Shown here: piece by piece, positions 43,824 through 54,660 of the stretch | Numbering within the stretch: position 1 is the first letter of the stretch | Layout: the number at the start of each line of letters is the position of its first letter | NCBI GenBank assembly: GCA_042562855.1 | Contig: JBHPNE010000002.1 | Span: 7,643 to 71,642 of the forward strand | Origin: Elusimicrobiota bacterium | Lineage (GTDB): Bacteria > Elusimicrobiota > Endomicrobiia > Endomicrobiales > JAPLKN01 | DNA length: 64,000 nucleotides | Direction: 5' to 3' | The notes under the pieces: model-generated | Databases searched by the model: none | The model's input: the letters and a program-made list of their open reading frames with translations, nothing else | What the model was told of the DNA's origin: nothing | Made by a program: the position numbers and the translations under genes

Positions 43824-46517
43824 ATGGCAAAACTCTTTTTAATCGACGGCAACGCGTATATCCACAGAGCATACCATGCAATACCGCCTCTGACAAATTC
43901 AAAAGGGGAAATGGTAAATGCTGTTTATGGTTTTATACGTATGATGCTAAAGATCCTAAGGTCAGAAAAGCCAGATTATGCAATAGTGTGTTTCGACTAT
44001 CCTGCTCCGACATTTCGCCATAAATCATTTAAAGAATACAAAGCTAATAGAGTAGAAATTGATGATGAGTTAAAAAATCAGATGCCGCTTGCGCGAGAAG
44101 CCGCAAAAGCGCTGAATTTGTTTTCAATAGAAAAGGCAGGTTATGAAGCCGATGATTTAATAGCTACCTTAGCACATCAGGCAAAAAAGGATGATGTAGA
44201 GGTAGTAATAGTAAGCGGTGACAAGGATGTCAGGCAACTTGTTGACAAAGGGATAAAGGTTTGGGATGAAGGCAGAAATATTTTTTACGACAGGGAAAAG
44301 GTAGTTGAAAAATACGGACTTGAGCCCAAGCAGTTAGTTGATATGTTTTCTTTGATGGGCGATGCTTCCGATAATATTCCTGGTATAAGAGGGGTGGGTG
44401 AGAAAACTGCAATAAAGCTTATAAAAGAATACGAAAGTCTCGAAAAACTGCTAAAAAACACAAAATCTTTGACCGGCAAGCTTCAAAGTATGATTTCTGA
44501 CAATTCGGATGATGCTTTAAAAAGTAAAGAATTAGTGACTTTATGTGATGATGCTCCGATTGATATATTATGGAAACATGGCTTGGTTAATGCACCCGAT
44601 AAAAAAGCTTTAGAAGAATTTTTAAACCGCATGGAATTTAAAAGTTTGATAAAAGAAATATCTTCTTCCGGCTGGACTCTGAAGTCGGTTAGCCCCGTTG
44701 ACAAAAAGATTAGTACAAAAATAATATTGGAAACGAAAGCATTGGATAAATTGATTGCAGAAATAAAGTCCAAAGGTTTAGTGTCGGTAGATCTGGAAAC
44801 AACAAGTACCGACCCTTTGAATGCGAAAATGGTAGGGATATCTATTTCGATTAAGGCGACTGAGGCGTACTATATTCCTGTTGGACATAGCTATCTTGGG
44901 GTAGAAAAACAATTGCCGATTAATCAGGTGTTGGAAAAGCTTAAGCCAATTTTGCAAGATAGTAAAATTAAAAAGTATGGACAAAATCTAAAATATGAAA
45001 TTTTAGTATTTAAAAAATATGGTGTTGAAATGGAAGGTATTTATTTTGACTCTATGGTTGCTTCATATTGTCTTAATCCATCAAGATTTTCACATGGCTT
45101 AAAAAGCATTGCGTTGGATTTTGTAGGTTTTAAAATGACTGAAATTGAAGAACTGATAGGAAAAGGAGTTAAACAGACAACTATAGACAATATCGACATA
45201 AAAAGAGTTTCTGATTATGCTGGAGCAGATGCTGTTTCTGTATTGATGCTTGCTAAAGTATTTATCCCAGAGCTCAAAGAAAAAAAACTGGACAAGTTGT
45301 TTTACGAAGTTGAAATGCCTTTAGTAAACATTCTGGCAGAGATGGAGAATCTCGGTATTAAAATAGATATAGAACATTTGAGGGACTTGTCAAAAGAATT
45401 TCAGAACATGTTAAATGCTCATGAAAAAAGCATTTATTCAATAGCAAAACAAGAATTTAATCCAAATTCACCAAAACAGGTTGCTGCTGTTTTATTCGAA
45501 AAACTTAAACTCCCCGTTGTGAAAAAAACAAAAACAGGATATTCTACCGATGAGGAAGTTTTGCTTGAGCTCTCGAAAAAACATGACCTGCCCAAGAAAT
45601 TGCTTGAGTATAGGGAAATACAAAAACTAAAATCAACGTATATTGATGCGCTTATTTCATTGCAAGACAGCAAAACCGGCAGAATTCATACATCATTTAA
45701 CCAGGCCGTAACATCAACGGGACGTTTGTCGTCAACAGAGCCGAACATGCAGAATATCCCCGTAAGAAGTGAGTACGGCAGAAAAATAAGAAGTATTTTT
45801 ATTCCTGAAAAGAATCACATTCTTTTGTCTGCGGATTATTCCCAGATAGATTTGCGTGCGCTTGCCCATATTTCAAACGATGAGGTTCTCATCAAGGCAT
45901 TCAAAAATAACGAGGACATACACAAAACAACGGCAAAAGAAGTATTTGATGTGAGTGACAAAGAAATTGACGATGATTTGAGACGAATCGCAAAATCTAT
46001 AAATTTCGGCATTGTTTACGGTATCTCGCCTTATGGTTTAGCGCAGCAGTTGGATATACCAAACGAGAAAGCAAAGGATTATATAGACAGGTACTTTAAT
46101 AAATATAAGGGCGTAAAGAAATGGATAGATAATTTGCTTAGTGAAACTAGAAAAACTGGATATGTTTCAACTTTACTTGGAAGAATAAGGTATTTACCGG
46201 ATATAAATGCAAAAAACGGACTAAAGAGAGGTTTTGCAGAAAGAATGGCCATGAATACCCCGATTCAAGGTACTTCGGCAGACATTATTAAGGTTGCGAT
46301 GATTAATTTGGTAGATAAAATCGATAAAGAAAATATCGGCATAAGGATGTTGCTCCAGGTTCATGACGAATTGTTGTTTGAGATAAAAAAAAGTGACCTT
46401 GATGAGGCCATAATTTTAATCAAAAATGAAATGGAAAATGCAGTTAAATTAAATGTGCCGGTTCTTGTCGATATCAAAACAGGAAAGAATTGGTCGGATA
46501 TGGATAAAATCAAATGA
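43824..46517 (+). CDS. polA: DNA polymerase I
   Basis: 897 aa. 5'-nuclease LIDGNAYIHRAYHA; 3'-5' exo VSVDLETTS; pol motifs DYSQIDLRALAH, SINFGIVYG, QVHDELLFE. Confidence 0.95.
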   Translation: MAKLFLIDGNAYIHRAYHAIPPLTNSKGEMVNAVYGFIRMMLKILRSEKPDYAIVCFDYPAPTFRHKSFKEYKANRVEIDDELKNQMPLAREAAKALNLFSIEKAGYEADDLIATLAHQAKKDDVEVVIVSGDKDVRQLVDKGIKVWDEGRNIFYDREKVVEKYGLEPKQLVDMFSLMGDASDNIPGIRGVGEKTAIKLIKEYESLEKLLKNTKSLTGKLQSMISDNSDDALKSKELVTLCDDAPIDILWKHGLVNAPDKKALEEFLNRMEFKSLIKEISSSGWTLKSVSPVDKKISTKIILETKALDKLIAEIKSKGLVSVDLETTSTDPLNAKMVGISISIKATEAYYIPVGHSYLGVEKQLPINQVLEKLKPILQDSKIKKYGQNLKYEILVFKKYGVEMEGIYFDSMVASYCLNPSRFSHGLKSIALDFVGFKMTEIEELIGKGVKQTTIDNIDIKRVSDYAGADAVSVLMLAKVFIPELKEKKLDKLFYEVEMPLVNILAEMENLGIKIDIEHLRDLSKEFQNMLNAHEKSIYSIAKQEFNPNSPKQVAAVLFEKLKLPVVKKTKTGYSTDEEVLLELSKKHDLPKKLLEYREIQKLKSTYIDALISLQDSKTGRIHTSFNQAVTSTGRLSSTEPNMQNIPVRSEYGRKIRSIFIPEKNHILLSADYSQIDLRALAHISNDEVLIKAFKNNEDIHKTTAKEVFDVSDKEIDDDLRRIAKSINFGIVYGISPYGLAQQLDIPNEKAKDYIDRYFNKYKGVKKWIDNLLSETRKTGYVSTLLGRIRYLPDINAKNGLKRGFAERMAMNTPIQGTSADIIKVAMINLVDKIDKENIGIRMLLQVHDELLFEIKKSDLDEAIILIKNEMENAVKLNVPVLVDIKTGKNWSDMDKIK

Positions 46518-47137
46518 AAAAAGAAAAAAATCATCTAGTAGTTGGTCTAACCGGAGGTATTGCAAGCGGAAAAACAACCGTCGCAAAAGAATTTGCCCGT
46601 TTAGGTGCGAAAATAGTTGAGGCGGACAAAATAAGCCGCCAATTATTTAAGCCTGGTCAAACAACGTGGAAAAAGGTTATTAAAGCTTTTGGAAAAACTA
46701 TTTTGAAAAAAAATAAAGTAATCGACAGGAAAAAGCTCAGCCGTATTGTATTCGAAGATTTGAAGAAACGGAAAAAATTAGAGAAAATCACACATTCAGA
46801 AATTATTTCTGAAATAAAAAAAAGGGTAAACGCTCTTTATAAAGATAAACGGGTAATAGTGATCGATGCACCTCTTTTGTTCGAAGCGCGCCTAAACTCC
46901 TTAATGGACAAAATAATTGTAGTATGGTGCCTACAGTACGAGCAGATTAAAAGGCTTAAATCCCGGGATAAAGTTCAAAGTGATTTTGCATTAAAGCAAA
47001 TAAAATCGCAGATATCGCTGAATAAGAAAAAAAACATGGCCGATTACGTAATACTGAATTCATCAAGAGGAGAAAAAGCGAACCTGAAAAGGCAAGTCTT
47101 CAATTTGTGGAAAGAGTTGACAAAAAGTTTTAAATAA
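46514..47137 (+). CDS. coaE: Dephospho-CoA kinase
   Basis: 207 aa. VGLTGGIASGKTTV P-loop. ATGA overlap with polA. Confidence 0.9.
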   Translation: MKKEKNHLVVGLTGGIASGKTTVAKEFARLGAKIVEADKISRQLFKPGQTTWKKVIKAFGKTILKKNKVIDRKKLSRIVFEDLKKRKKLEKITHSEIISEIKKRVNALYKDKRVIVIDAPLLFEARLNSLMDKIIVVWCLQYEQIKRLKSRDKVQSDFALKQIKSQISLNKKKNMADYVILNSSRGEKANLKRQVFNLWKELTKSFK

Positions 47138-47426
47138 GTATAATATCCATGTCACTTACACATGCGAGCGAGCTTTCCTCAAACAAAATCAACAAAAATT
47201 ATTTTAAATGTATACACTGAAATTTGTCGAACTTTCCGAAAATGCATAAACTCCTTAGGAACAAATTCCTTTATATTAATATCTTAAATTAATGAAAAAA
47301 CTTTATCTATAAACTTGTACACATCTTTATTATCAAAATATCATAATAAATATGAATTTAATCAGGAGGAGTATCCTACACTATGTTCAGGATCAATCTT
47401 ATTAAATTACTTAAAGGAGATTTGAA

Positions 47427-48701
47427 ATGGAAAAATCAATGGATGTTACGGCTCTGTCGAAAAAAACGATTAATGAGTTAATTTCTCTCGCAAAAGAACT
47501 TAAGCTGGAATACGCTACGGGATTAAGGAAGCAGGAGCTAATTGCAAAGATTCTGGAAGCTCAAACCAAAGAGAACAATCTTGTCTATGATGAGGGTGTA
47601 TTGGAGATTTTGCCGGATGGATTCGGTTTTTTAAGATCACCGGATTACAATTATTTGCCGGGTCCGGATGATATCTATATATCGCCTTCCCAAATAAAGA
47701 AATTTGCGCTCAGAAAAGGGGATACTGTCTCGGGCTATGTACGCCCCCCGAAAGATCAGGAAAGGTTTTTTGCTCTTTTGCAGGTCAAATCCGTTAATGG
47801 CCAGGATCTGGATAATATCAGGGAACGTTCATTATTTGATAATCTCACCCCTTTATATCCGGAATCTAAGATAAAACTGGAGACAAAAAGGACTGAAATT
47901 TCAACAAGAGTGTTGGATTTGATGGTCCCAATCGGAAAAGGACAGAGAATGCTTATCAATGCTGCTCCAAGAACCGGAAAAACGGTTCTTTTGCAGAAAC
48001 TAGCCAATGCCATAACTGAAAACAATCCTGAAATTGTGCTCATGGTGCTACTGATTGATGAGCGTCCCGAAGAAGTTACCGATATGCAGCGCTCAGTTAA
48101 AGGCGAGGTTATATCCTCAACATTCGATGAAGCTTCGGACAGACATACTCAAGTGGCGGAAATGGTTATAGAAAAGGCCAAGAGACTGGTTGAACATGGA
48201 AAGGATGTGGTTATACTACTCGATTCTATTACCCGTCTTGCCCGTGCTTACAATACCGTCACTCCTTCAAGCGGTCGAGTATTATCCGGCGGTTTGGATT
48301 CAAATGCGCTTCAAAGACCGAAAAGATTTTTCGGAGCAGCAAGAAATATTGAAGAAGGCGGAAGTCTTACCATCATCGCTACATCACTGGTCGAAACAGG
48401 AAGCCGCATGGATGATGTTATTTTTGAAGAATTTAAAGGTACAGGTAATTCAGAAGTTTATTTGGATAGAAAACTTGCCGACAGGAGAATATTTCCTGCA
48501 ATAGATATAACACGATCGGGTACCCGAAAAGAAGAACTTCTACTTGAAGAGGATGAACTTAACAAAGTTTGGATACTTAGAAAAGTTATTTCTTCATTAA
48601 ATGCTATTGATGCTATGGATATGCTGAATGAAAAATTATCAGCTACGAAATCTAATAAAGATTTCCTCAAATCCATGGAACTTTCAAGCATGGAGAAATA
48701 A
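47427..48701 (+). CDS. rho: Transcription termination factor Rho
   Basis: 424 aa. Rho N-terminal/CSD GFGFLR; Walker A APRTGKT; [10 protein letters not shown]; a 290-nt leader upstream. Confidence 0.95.
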   Translation: MEKSMDVTALSKKTINELISLAKELKLEYATGLRKQELIAKILEAQTKENNLVYDEGVLEILPDGFGFLRSPDYNYLPGPDDIYISPSQIKKFALRKGDTVSGYVRPPKDQERFFALLQVKSVNGQDLDNIRERSLFDNLTPLYPESKIKLETKRTEISTRVLDLMVPIGKGQRMLINAAPRTGKTVLLQKLANAITENNPEIVLMVLLIDERPEEVTDMQRSVKGEVISSTFDEASDRHTQVAEMVIEKAKRLVEHGKDVVILLDSITRLARAYNTVTPSSGRVLSGGLDSNALQRPKRFFGAARNIEEGGSLTIIATSLVETGSRMDDVIFEEFKGTGNSEVYLDRKLADRRIFPAIDITRSGTRKEELLLEEDELNKVWILRKVISSLNAIDAMDMLNEKLSATKSNKDFLKSMELSSMEK

Positions 48702-48779
48702 TAAAGAGAAAATGCGCTGGAGATAATTCTATACTTTCTCTGGATTAATCTTAATAGATGTTTAAAGGAGATTTAAAAA

Positions 48780-49637
48780 ATGAAAAAGCAACTAGTGATT
48801 TCAATTGTTTTGGGAGTGTTAGCATCAATATTCGTTGCACTTTATCTTATATCACTGGAATCGACCTACAAAAAAGGTGCACAGAAAGTAAAAGTTTTAA
48901 TCGCAAGTAAATATATTGAAAGCGGAGTTATGGTTGATGATTCTATGGTAAAGGATGTTGCTGTTCCAAAGGATTATATCCAGCCTAAAGTAGCGAGATC
49001 ATTGAAAAATTTATTGAGTTCTGATGGAAAGTATGTTTTTATGACCGTTTGCCCAATTGAGAAGGATGAGCAAATAGTAATGACAAAACTCTCAAAATTG
49101 GGAGTTGATACAGGGATATCCTCCATTATCCCAACAAATACAAGATCAATAACAATTTCCTTTAATTCTGAAATGATTTCCAATATTATTAAACCTGGAA
49201 ATAAAGTGGATATTGTGGGTGTTTTCGACTACAGCAATAAATCATTTGCCGAGGAGAAAATTTCGATCACTTTGTTACAAAATGTACTCATTCTTTCTGT
49301 GGGAGATTCTGTTTTGGGGTCATTAAAAACATCGCTTGACCCGAAAAGTAAAAATGAAATGTTTTCATCATCATATTCAGGAAACATCCCAGTTTCTTTT
49401 GCTCTTTCACCAAAAGAGGCAGAATTACTAGTTCTTGCCACAGAGCTTGGAGAAATTAGGTTATCTTTAAGGCCAATGGGGGATTCTTCAATTTTTGATA
49501 CTAAAGGAACGAAAATTAATGAGGTTTCAAAAAATATTAAGGTAGGCAGTAGCGCTGAATATGATGTAAACTCTAAGAATGTACAAAAACGACAAAAAGA
49601 GATAATGAACATTCTTAACAAATATCAAAGCAAATAG
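48780..49637 (+). CDS. cpaB: Flp/Tad pilus assembly protein CpaB/RcpC
   Basis: 285 aa. N-terminal TM, SAF-like KVLIASKYIESGVMVDDSMV, C-terminal beta-clip region. Immediately precedes the tad ATPase. Confidence 0.75.
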   Translation: MKKQLVISIVLGVLASIFVALYLISLESTYKKGAQKVKVLIASKYIESGVMVDDSMVKDVAVPKDYIQPKVARSLKNLLSSDGKYVFMTVCPIEKDEQIVMTKLSKLGVDTGISSIIPTNTRSITISFNSEMISNIIKPGNKVDIVGVFDYSNKSFAEEKISITLLQNVLILSVGDSVLGSLKTSLDPKSKNEMFSSSYSGNIPVSFALSPKEAELLVLATELGEIRLSLRPMGDSSIFDTKGTKINEVSKNIKVGSSAEYDVNSKNVQKRQKEIMNILNKYQSK

Positions 49638-49648
49638 AATAACTAATT

Positions 49649-51691
49649 ATGGGAAAATTTATATCTTTAATTGATACGAATGATAATTTAAGGGGCAAGG
49701 TTTTAGGGGTTAATCTTGCCATTTCTATTTCCGAACAGACAAATGCCAAGGTTCTACTTATGGACCTAAGTTTCTCCGGGAATAAAACTATCGAGTATTT
49801 GCTGGATTTTGATCCTAAGAAAACAATACTAGATCTATTAAAGATAAGCGATAAACTAGACGGTAGCATAATAAACGGATATATAAATAACCACTCTTCT
49901 GGGGTTGCATTTTTAGAGGGAATCGATTCTTCGCAAAAAAAGTATGTAGTTAGAAAGGATTTGCATAATATTTTAGGCACAATTTCAACAGCCTACGAGT
50001 ATATTGTACTCTTGCTTCCGGATTCGCATGACGATGTTTTAGCGGAACTTGTAGATGTGTCTAATGCTGTTGTTTTATCTTTATACCCCCATTTAGTATC
50101 AATGGAAAAAGCAAAAACGTTTTTAAGTTGGACTCAGGAATGGCATTTTCCTATCAAAAAATGCCAAGGCTTATTAAACGTTCAGAAATCAAAAAATGAA
50201 ATTGAGAAGGAAAAAATTGAGGACTATTTAGGAATAAATATTCAATCAGAAATAGAGTATAATCAAAATCAAATTGAGTTACCGCTTAGCAAAACTTCCC
50301 AAGATGTGAAAATAAAGAAGTATTCCAAACAGGTATTAAATAGTATATCCGAAGAAAAATCTTTTGACTTTAAGCCTGGTATATCTAAGGGAGAGAATAA
50401 ACTTAGTATTGATTATAATGCCATTAAAGAAGATATTCATAGAAAATTAATAGAGCGAATGAGCGAAAGCAAGATAAATTTAAATGAGTTATCCGACACG
50501 AAAAAAAATTCTGATATTTACGATAAGGTTAGGAAAACAATTCAAGAATTGGTTTCAAAAAATGATGACATCAAATCTAAAGAAGAAAGAAAAATATTAG
50601 TAGATGAGATGGTCAATGAGGCACTTGGTTTAGGATGTTTGGAAAAGCAGTTAAAAGATGCTTCGGTGACTGAAATAATGGTCAATGGACCGGATGATAT
50701 ATTTGTTGAAAAAAACGGGAAAATTTATAAAATTGATGAAAAGTTTGTATCAAAAGAACAGCTTTTAACAATAATTGATCGTATAGTTTCACCTATCGGG
50801 AGAAGAATTGATGAGTCATCTCCTATTGTGGATGCAAGACTTATGGACGGATCAAGAGTGAATGCTGTTATACCTCCCTTATCATTAACAGGTCCTACAT
50901 TGACAATAAGGAAATTTTCTCAAAAAAAACTCACCGTTGAGGATCTTATTAATTTCGGAGCTCTTACGCCAAAAATAGCAAAATTCATAGAAGTATGCAT
51001 CAAAATGCGAAAGAATACTATTATTTCCGGTGGTACAGGATCTGGTAAAACAACTTTATTAAATGTCCTTTCATCTTTTATACCTTCTGACGAGAGAATA
51101 GTGACAATAGAGGATTCTGCAGAGTTAAAATTGCCGCAAGAACATGTTGTAAGATTAGAATCTAGACCTCCTTCAATAGAAGGGAAAGGAGAGATTCCAA
51201 TTAGACGACTTGTTATCAATGCTTTAAGAATGAGACCAGATAGAATTGTCGTAGGAGAATGTCGGGGCGGTGAAACATTGGATATGCTTCAGGCAATGAA
51301 TACCGGACACGACGGATCCTTGACTACAATCCATGCGAATTCACCAAAAGACGGGATTTCTCGTATAACAACGATGGTAATTATGGCGGGAACTGAGCTT
51401 CCTGAAAAAGCAATTCGCGATCAAATCGTTTCTGCTGTTAATATAATAGTTCAGTTATCTAGGTTTTCAGATGGATCGAGAAAAATTACAGAAATTGCTG
51501 AAATTAGAGAAGGGAAAAATGATCAAATTGAAATAGTACCAATAATCGAATACGAACAGACCGGAATAAAAGATGGCAAAGTTGTAGGTAAATATGTGGC
51601 TACTGGCAATACTCCTCTATTTATTAAGGAAGCCAAACAAAAAGGTATTCAGGTGGATAAAAGTATTTTTAAGCAAGGAGAATTGGTTTAG
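49649..51691 (+). CDS. cpaF: Tad secretion ATPase CpaF/TadA with N-terminal TadZ/CpaE-like (degenerate ParA/MinD) extension
   Basis: 680 aa. C-terminal ITEIMVNGPDDIFVEKNGK, GGTGSGKTTLLNVL, VGECRGGE, GHDGSLTTIHAN. The N-terminal ~250 aa are MinD-like (VLLMDLS...YIVLLLPD) without a canonical P-loop. Confidence 0.8.
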   Translation: MGKFISLIDTNDNLRGKVLGVNLAISISEQTNAKVLLMDLSFSGNKTIEYLLDFDPKKTILDLLKISDKLDGSIINGYINNHSSGVAFLEGIDSSQKKYVVRKDLHNILGTISTAYEYIVLLLPDSHDDVLAELVDVSNAVVLSLYPHLVSMEKAKTFLSWTQEWHFPIKKCQGLLNVQKSKNEIEKEKIEDYLGINIQSEIEYNQNQIELPLSKTSQDVKIKKYSKQVLNSISEEKSFDFKPGISKGENKLSIDYNAIKEDIHRKLIERMSESKINLNELSDTKKNSDIYDKVRKTIQELVSKNDDIKSKEERKILVDEMVNEALGLGCLEKQLKDASVTEIMVNGPDDIFVEKNGKIYKIDEKFVSKEQLLTIIDRIVSPIGRRIDESSPIVDARLMDGSRVNAVIPPLSLTGPTLTIRKFSQKKLTVEDLINFGALTPKIAKFIEVCIKMRKNTIISGGTGSGKTTLLNVLSSFIPSDERIVTIEDSAELKLPQEHVVRLESRPPSIEGKGEIPIRRLVINALRMRPDRIVVGECRGGETLDMLQAMNTGHDGSLTTIHANSPKDGISRITTMVIMAGTELPEKAIRDQIVSAVNIIVQLSRFSDGSRKITEIAEIREGKNDQIEIVPIIEYEQTGIKDGKVVGKYVATGNTPLFIKEAKQKGIQVDKSIFKQGELV

Positions 51692-52566
51692 TGGAATTAA
51701 TTCAAAACATTTTTATACTTAAGATTTTAGGGGGAATATTTATTACTTGTTTTGCTATTTCTATAGTATTTTTACTATTTTCCCTAAAAAATAACAGTAA
51801 AAGACAGAGCTCATTAGATTTTAGTAAATTAAACTTTACTAAAAATTTAAAAACAATGTCGAAAAGTCAGGATATGAAGGAATTAGGTAAACTAAGAGTT
51901 ATAATTTCGATAGTTGTTTTTGTTATATTTCTGTTTATTCTGGGGAACATTTTATTTTCAATATTAGCGGCTTTGGCCATATTTTTTGGCACAGACATGT
52001 ATTTAAAGAGAAAAAATAAACTTCTGTTGGAATCATTTGATAATCAATTGATAGAAGCACTTGGTATGATCGCTAATTCTGTTAGGGCCGGGCAATCTCT
52101 ATTACAGTCTCTGGAAGCTGTGGCAAAGGAAAATTTAGAGCCTATATCAAAAGAATTCGAAAATGTTGTAAAACAAATACACTTAGGGTCATCCATGAAA
52201 AAGGCTTTGTCCGAGATGACAATGATAAAAAGAAGTAAAAATCTTGAGATCGTGGTTAATTCAATAAATTTGGTGCAAGAAACCGGTGGAAATCTTGGTG
52301 AGATACTGATGAGAATAGCTGAGACCATACGAGAAAGGAAAAAAATAAAGGGGAAGATCGATAGTCTGACTGCTCAGGGGAAGACATCTGGTTTTGTTAT
52401 AGGAGCTGTACCGTTTTTATTATTGGGAATACTATATTTCCTTGAGCCGGATATAATGGGTCTATTATTTACCACATTAGCCGGGAATATTATGCTTTTT
52501 GTTGCAATATGCATGATATTTATGGGTATGTTTTTTATAAATAAAATTGTTGATATCGATATATAA
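51691..52566 (+). CDS. tadB: Tad pilus inner-membrane platform protein TadB (T2SS F family)
   Basis: 291 aa. GTG start overlapping the cpaF stop. T2SSF-like LIEALGMIANSVRAGQSL. 3-4 TM helices. Confidence 0.8.
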   Translation: MELIQNIFILKILGGIFITCFAISIVFLLFSLKNNSKRQSSLDFSKLNFTKNLKTMSKSQDMKELGKLRVIISIVVFVIFLFILGNILFSILAALAIFFGTDMYLKRKNKLLLESFDNQLIEALGMIANSVRAGQSLLQSLEAVAKENLEPISKEFENVVKQIHLGSSMKKALSEMTMIKRSKNLEIVVNSINLVQETGGNLGEILMRIAETIRERKKIKGKIDSLTAQGKTSGFVIGAVPFLLLGILYFLEPDIMGLLFTTLAGNIMLFVAICMIFMGMFFINKIVDIDI

Positions 52567-52568
52567 AC

Positions 52569-53468
52569 ATGGATAAAAATCAATTATTGGTTGCATTTAT
52601 TATTTCAGTCTTAGTTGGAATCGCTGTTTTTTTATTAGTAAATTATTTATTAATAATAATTGGTAAGCTTAGTTATGAGAAGAGATTTAAGGAAAAAACA
52701 GATTCAAAACAAATTAAGTTGAAAATTAAATTGGCGGGCATATTTCTTTTTTTAGCAGAAAAAATAGGGGAATTCATAGGAAAAATTAAGTTAAAAAAGC
52801 TAGATTTTTATTGCAATAACATAAACAATAAACTGAATGTGTTAGGCTCTGAATATAAAAATATAAATCCTTACACTTTTATCGGAATACAGATATTAAT
52901 GGCATTAGGCTCTATCATTGTATCTGCATTATTGCTTGAAATTTATGATATTTTAATTCTAGTAATTTTTTCAGCTGTTTCTTCATATTTGCCGATTCTT
53001 TTTATTGATGAGAAAGTAAAACTAAAGCATAAGGCAATTTTTAGACAAATACCGGATGTGTTAGACCGATTGACACTAATGGTAGATGCAGGCTTAGATT
53101 TTAATAATGCTTTTAATAAAGTACTGGCGGATGAGAAAGGAGAGTTAATACAGGAGTTTTTAATTGTCCAACAAGAGACAAAGCTTGGGAAATCGAGGAT
53201 TGATGCACTTGTAAATATGGCGTCAAGAATAAACTACACACCGCTCAACACGGTTATCAATACAATAACAACTTCGATAAAGACGGGGGGAAGCATTGCC
53301 TCAGCATTGAAAACATTATCAGATCAGTTCAGAACAGAAAGGTCACAGCTTGCCGAAAAACTAGCCAGTCAGGCGCCAATAAAGCTTATGGGGCCGTTAA
53401 TACTTCTTATATTTCCTACAATATTTATAATACTTTTTGGCCCTATCTTATTATCATTTTCCAGGTAA
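52569..53468 (+). CDS. tadC: Tad pilus inner-membrane platform protein TadC (T2SS F family)
   Basis: 299 aa. IPDVLDRLTLMVDAGLDFNNAF T2SSF motif; TM helices at both ends. Confidence 0.8.
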   Translation: MDKNQLLVAFIISVLVGIAVFLLVNYLLIIIGKLSYEKRFKEKTDSKQIKLKIKLAGIFLFLAEKIGEFIGKIKLKKLDFYCNNINNKLNVLGSEYKNINPYTFIGIQILMALGSIIVSALLLEIYDILILVIFSAVSSYLPILFIDEKVKLKHKAIFRQIPDVLDRLTLMVDAGLDFNNAFNKVLADEKGELIQEFLIVQQETKLGKSRIDALVNMASRINYTPLNTVINTITTSIKTGGSIASALKTLSDQFRTERSQLAEKLASQAPIKLMGPLILLIFPTIFIILFGPILLSFSR

Positions 53469-53474
53469 AATATT

Positions 53475-54566
53475 TTAGTTTACAATGAGGATTGTGCCGG
53501 CGATAGTTTTTTCTTTGTTTTCCACCGCAATTATTTCAATTCCATTACCATTAATAGTTTCGTTGTGGGTTTTAAACGGGCTGGATGCAGCAGTTTTGAA
53601 AAGACTTAAAAATTCGGATGGCGCATTTATGTCTAGGATATGCAATGTCTTGCCTTTAATATCATTTTGATTAAGGGACAAAAATTTTAGAGCTTTCTCA
53701 TTAGCAGAAATGATTCGATTATCAAAGTTGAAAATTGCTATACCCTTGTTGAAATGTTTTGTAGCTTCTTGAAAAATACTAATAAGTGAATCAACCCCTG
53801 ATTGCGAATGTTTATTGTCAGTGCCCCCTGACTCACTCAATATTTTATTAATAAGAGCTACTAGTTCTTCAAAATCTCTATTCTTATCAACTGATAATTT
53901 TCCGTTTTTGCTTAATAAAGCTGATTCTATCGAATTTTCAATTTTTATTAAAGGCAAAATAACTACATGATGCATAAGTAATGCGAAAATAAATCCTGTA
54001 ACAAGAAGAATCAAAAGTGAGGCATAAAAATATGCTATCTTCATTCTGTAAGCTTCTTTGCTTATTTTTTCGGAAGACAAATTAATGCAGAGAGTGTAAG
54101 TTGAGTTAACTGGCCGTGAAAAAAGATAAGCTTTTTCGTCTTTGACGTACTGCATATAATACTTTTTTGTTTCAGCCGCTTTTTTAGATAGGGAATCGTC
54201 GTATATCTTGCCCCATTCCGCAGTGTTGTTGTGAGTTAAAACTTTTCCGTTCGTGTCAATTATATAAACATTGCTAACATCACTAATTTTTGCAATATTT
54301 TCAATATGACTTATCAAAGACAAATCATCAGTGTTTTTTATAGCCTGATTTATTTGATCTATGGATACATCAAAAATTGTTTTAGATTTTTCAATAGAAA
54401 TGGCGCTTATTATTTTTTTTTGCTTGGGAATGTACTGAAACTGATACAGGTAAAAAATTAGAAAAGACAGAATAATCAATGAAAGGAAGACTAATTTTAT
54501 ATGTAAGCTCGTTAAATTTTTAAGCATGATAGCGTGTTTTATAACAAAAATTGATTGATTTGTCAA
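53475..54566 (-). CDS. Membrane sensor-like protein (periplasmic Cache-like region, second TM, HAMP-like linker, PAS-like domain), no output domain
   Basis: 363 aa. Two TM helices flank a ~150-aa extracytoplasmic segment. C-terminal GIAIFNFDNRIISANEKALKFL...GKTLHIL is PAS-like. Confidence 0.5.
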   Translation of the reverse strand: MTNQSIFVIKHAIMLKNLTSLHIKLVFLSLIILSFLIFYLYQFQYIPKQKKIISAISIEKSKTIFDVSIDQINQAIKNTDDLSLISHIENIAKISDVSNVYIIDTNGKVLTHNNTAEWGKIYDDSLSKKAAETKKYYMQYVKDEKAYLFSRPVNSTYTLCINLSSEKISKEAYRMKIAYFYASLLILLVTGFIFALLMHHVVILPLIKIENSIESALLSKNGKLSVDKNRDFEELVALINKILSESGGTDNKHSQSGVDSLISIFQEATKHFNKGIAIFNFDNRIISANEKALKFLSLNQNDIKGKTLHILDINAPSEFLSLFKTAASSPFKTHNETINGNGIEIIAVENKEKTIAGTILIVN

Positions 54567-54598
54567 AAAAGCCTAAAAAGACCGCATGTTTTTTAGAT

Positions 54599-54627
54599 TT
54601 GCTATTAAGTAAAAATTTTTGTAAAAT
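54599..54627 (+). promoter_or_regulatory. Sigma70-type promoter candidate for secA
   Basis: TTGCTA (54599-54604), 17-nt spacer, TAAAAT (54622-54627). Confidence 0.4.
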
Positions 54628-54660
54628 CAACTGATATTTCAAATTGAAAGAGGCAAAAAG

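Noticed and set aside
47383-47481. A 32-codon upstream ORF overlapping the rho start.
   Set aside because: The nearest SD-like sequence is 13 nt away. The ORF is out of frame with rho, and the peptide has no features. It is probably fortuitous.
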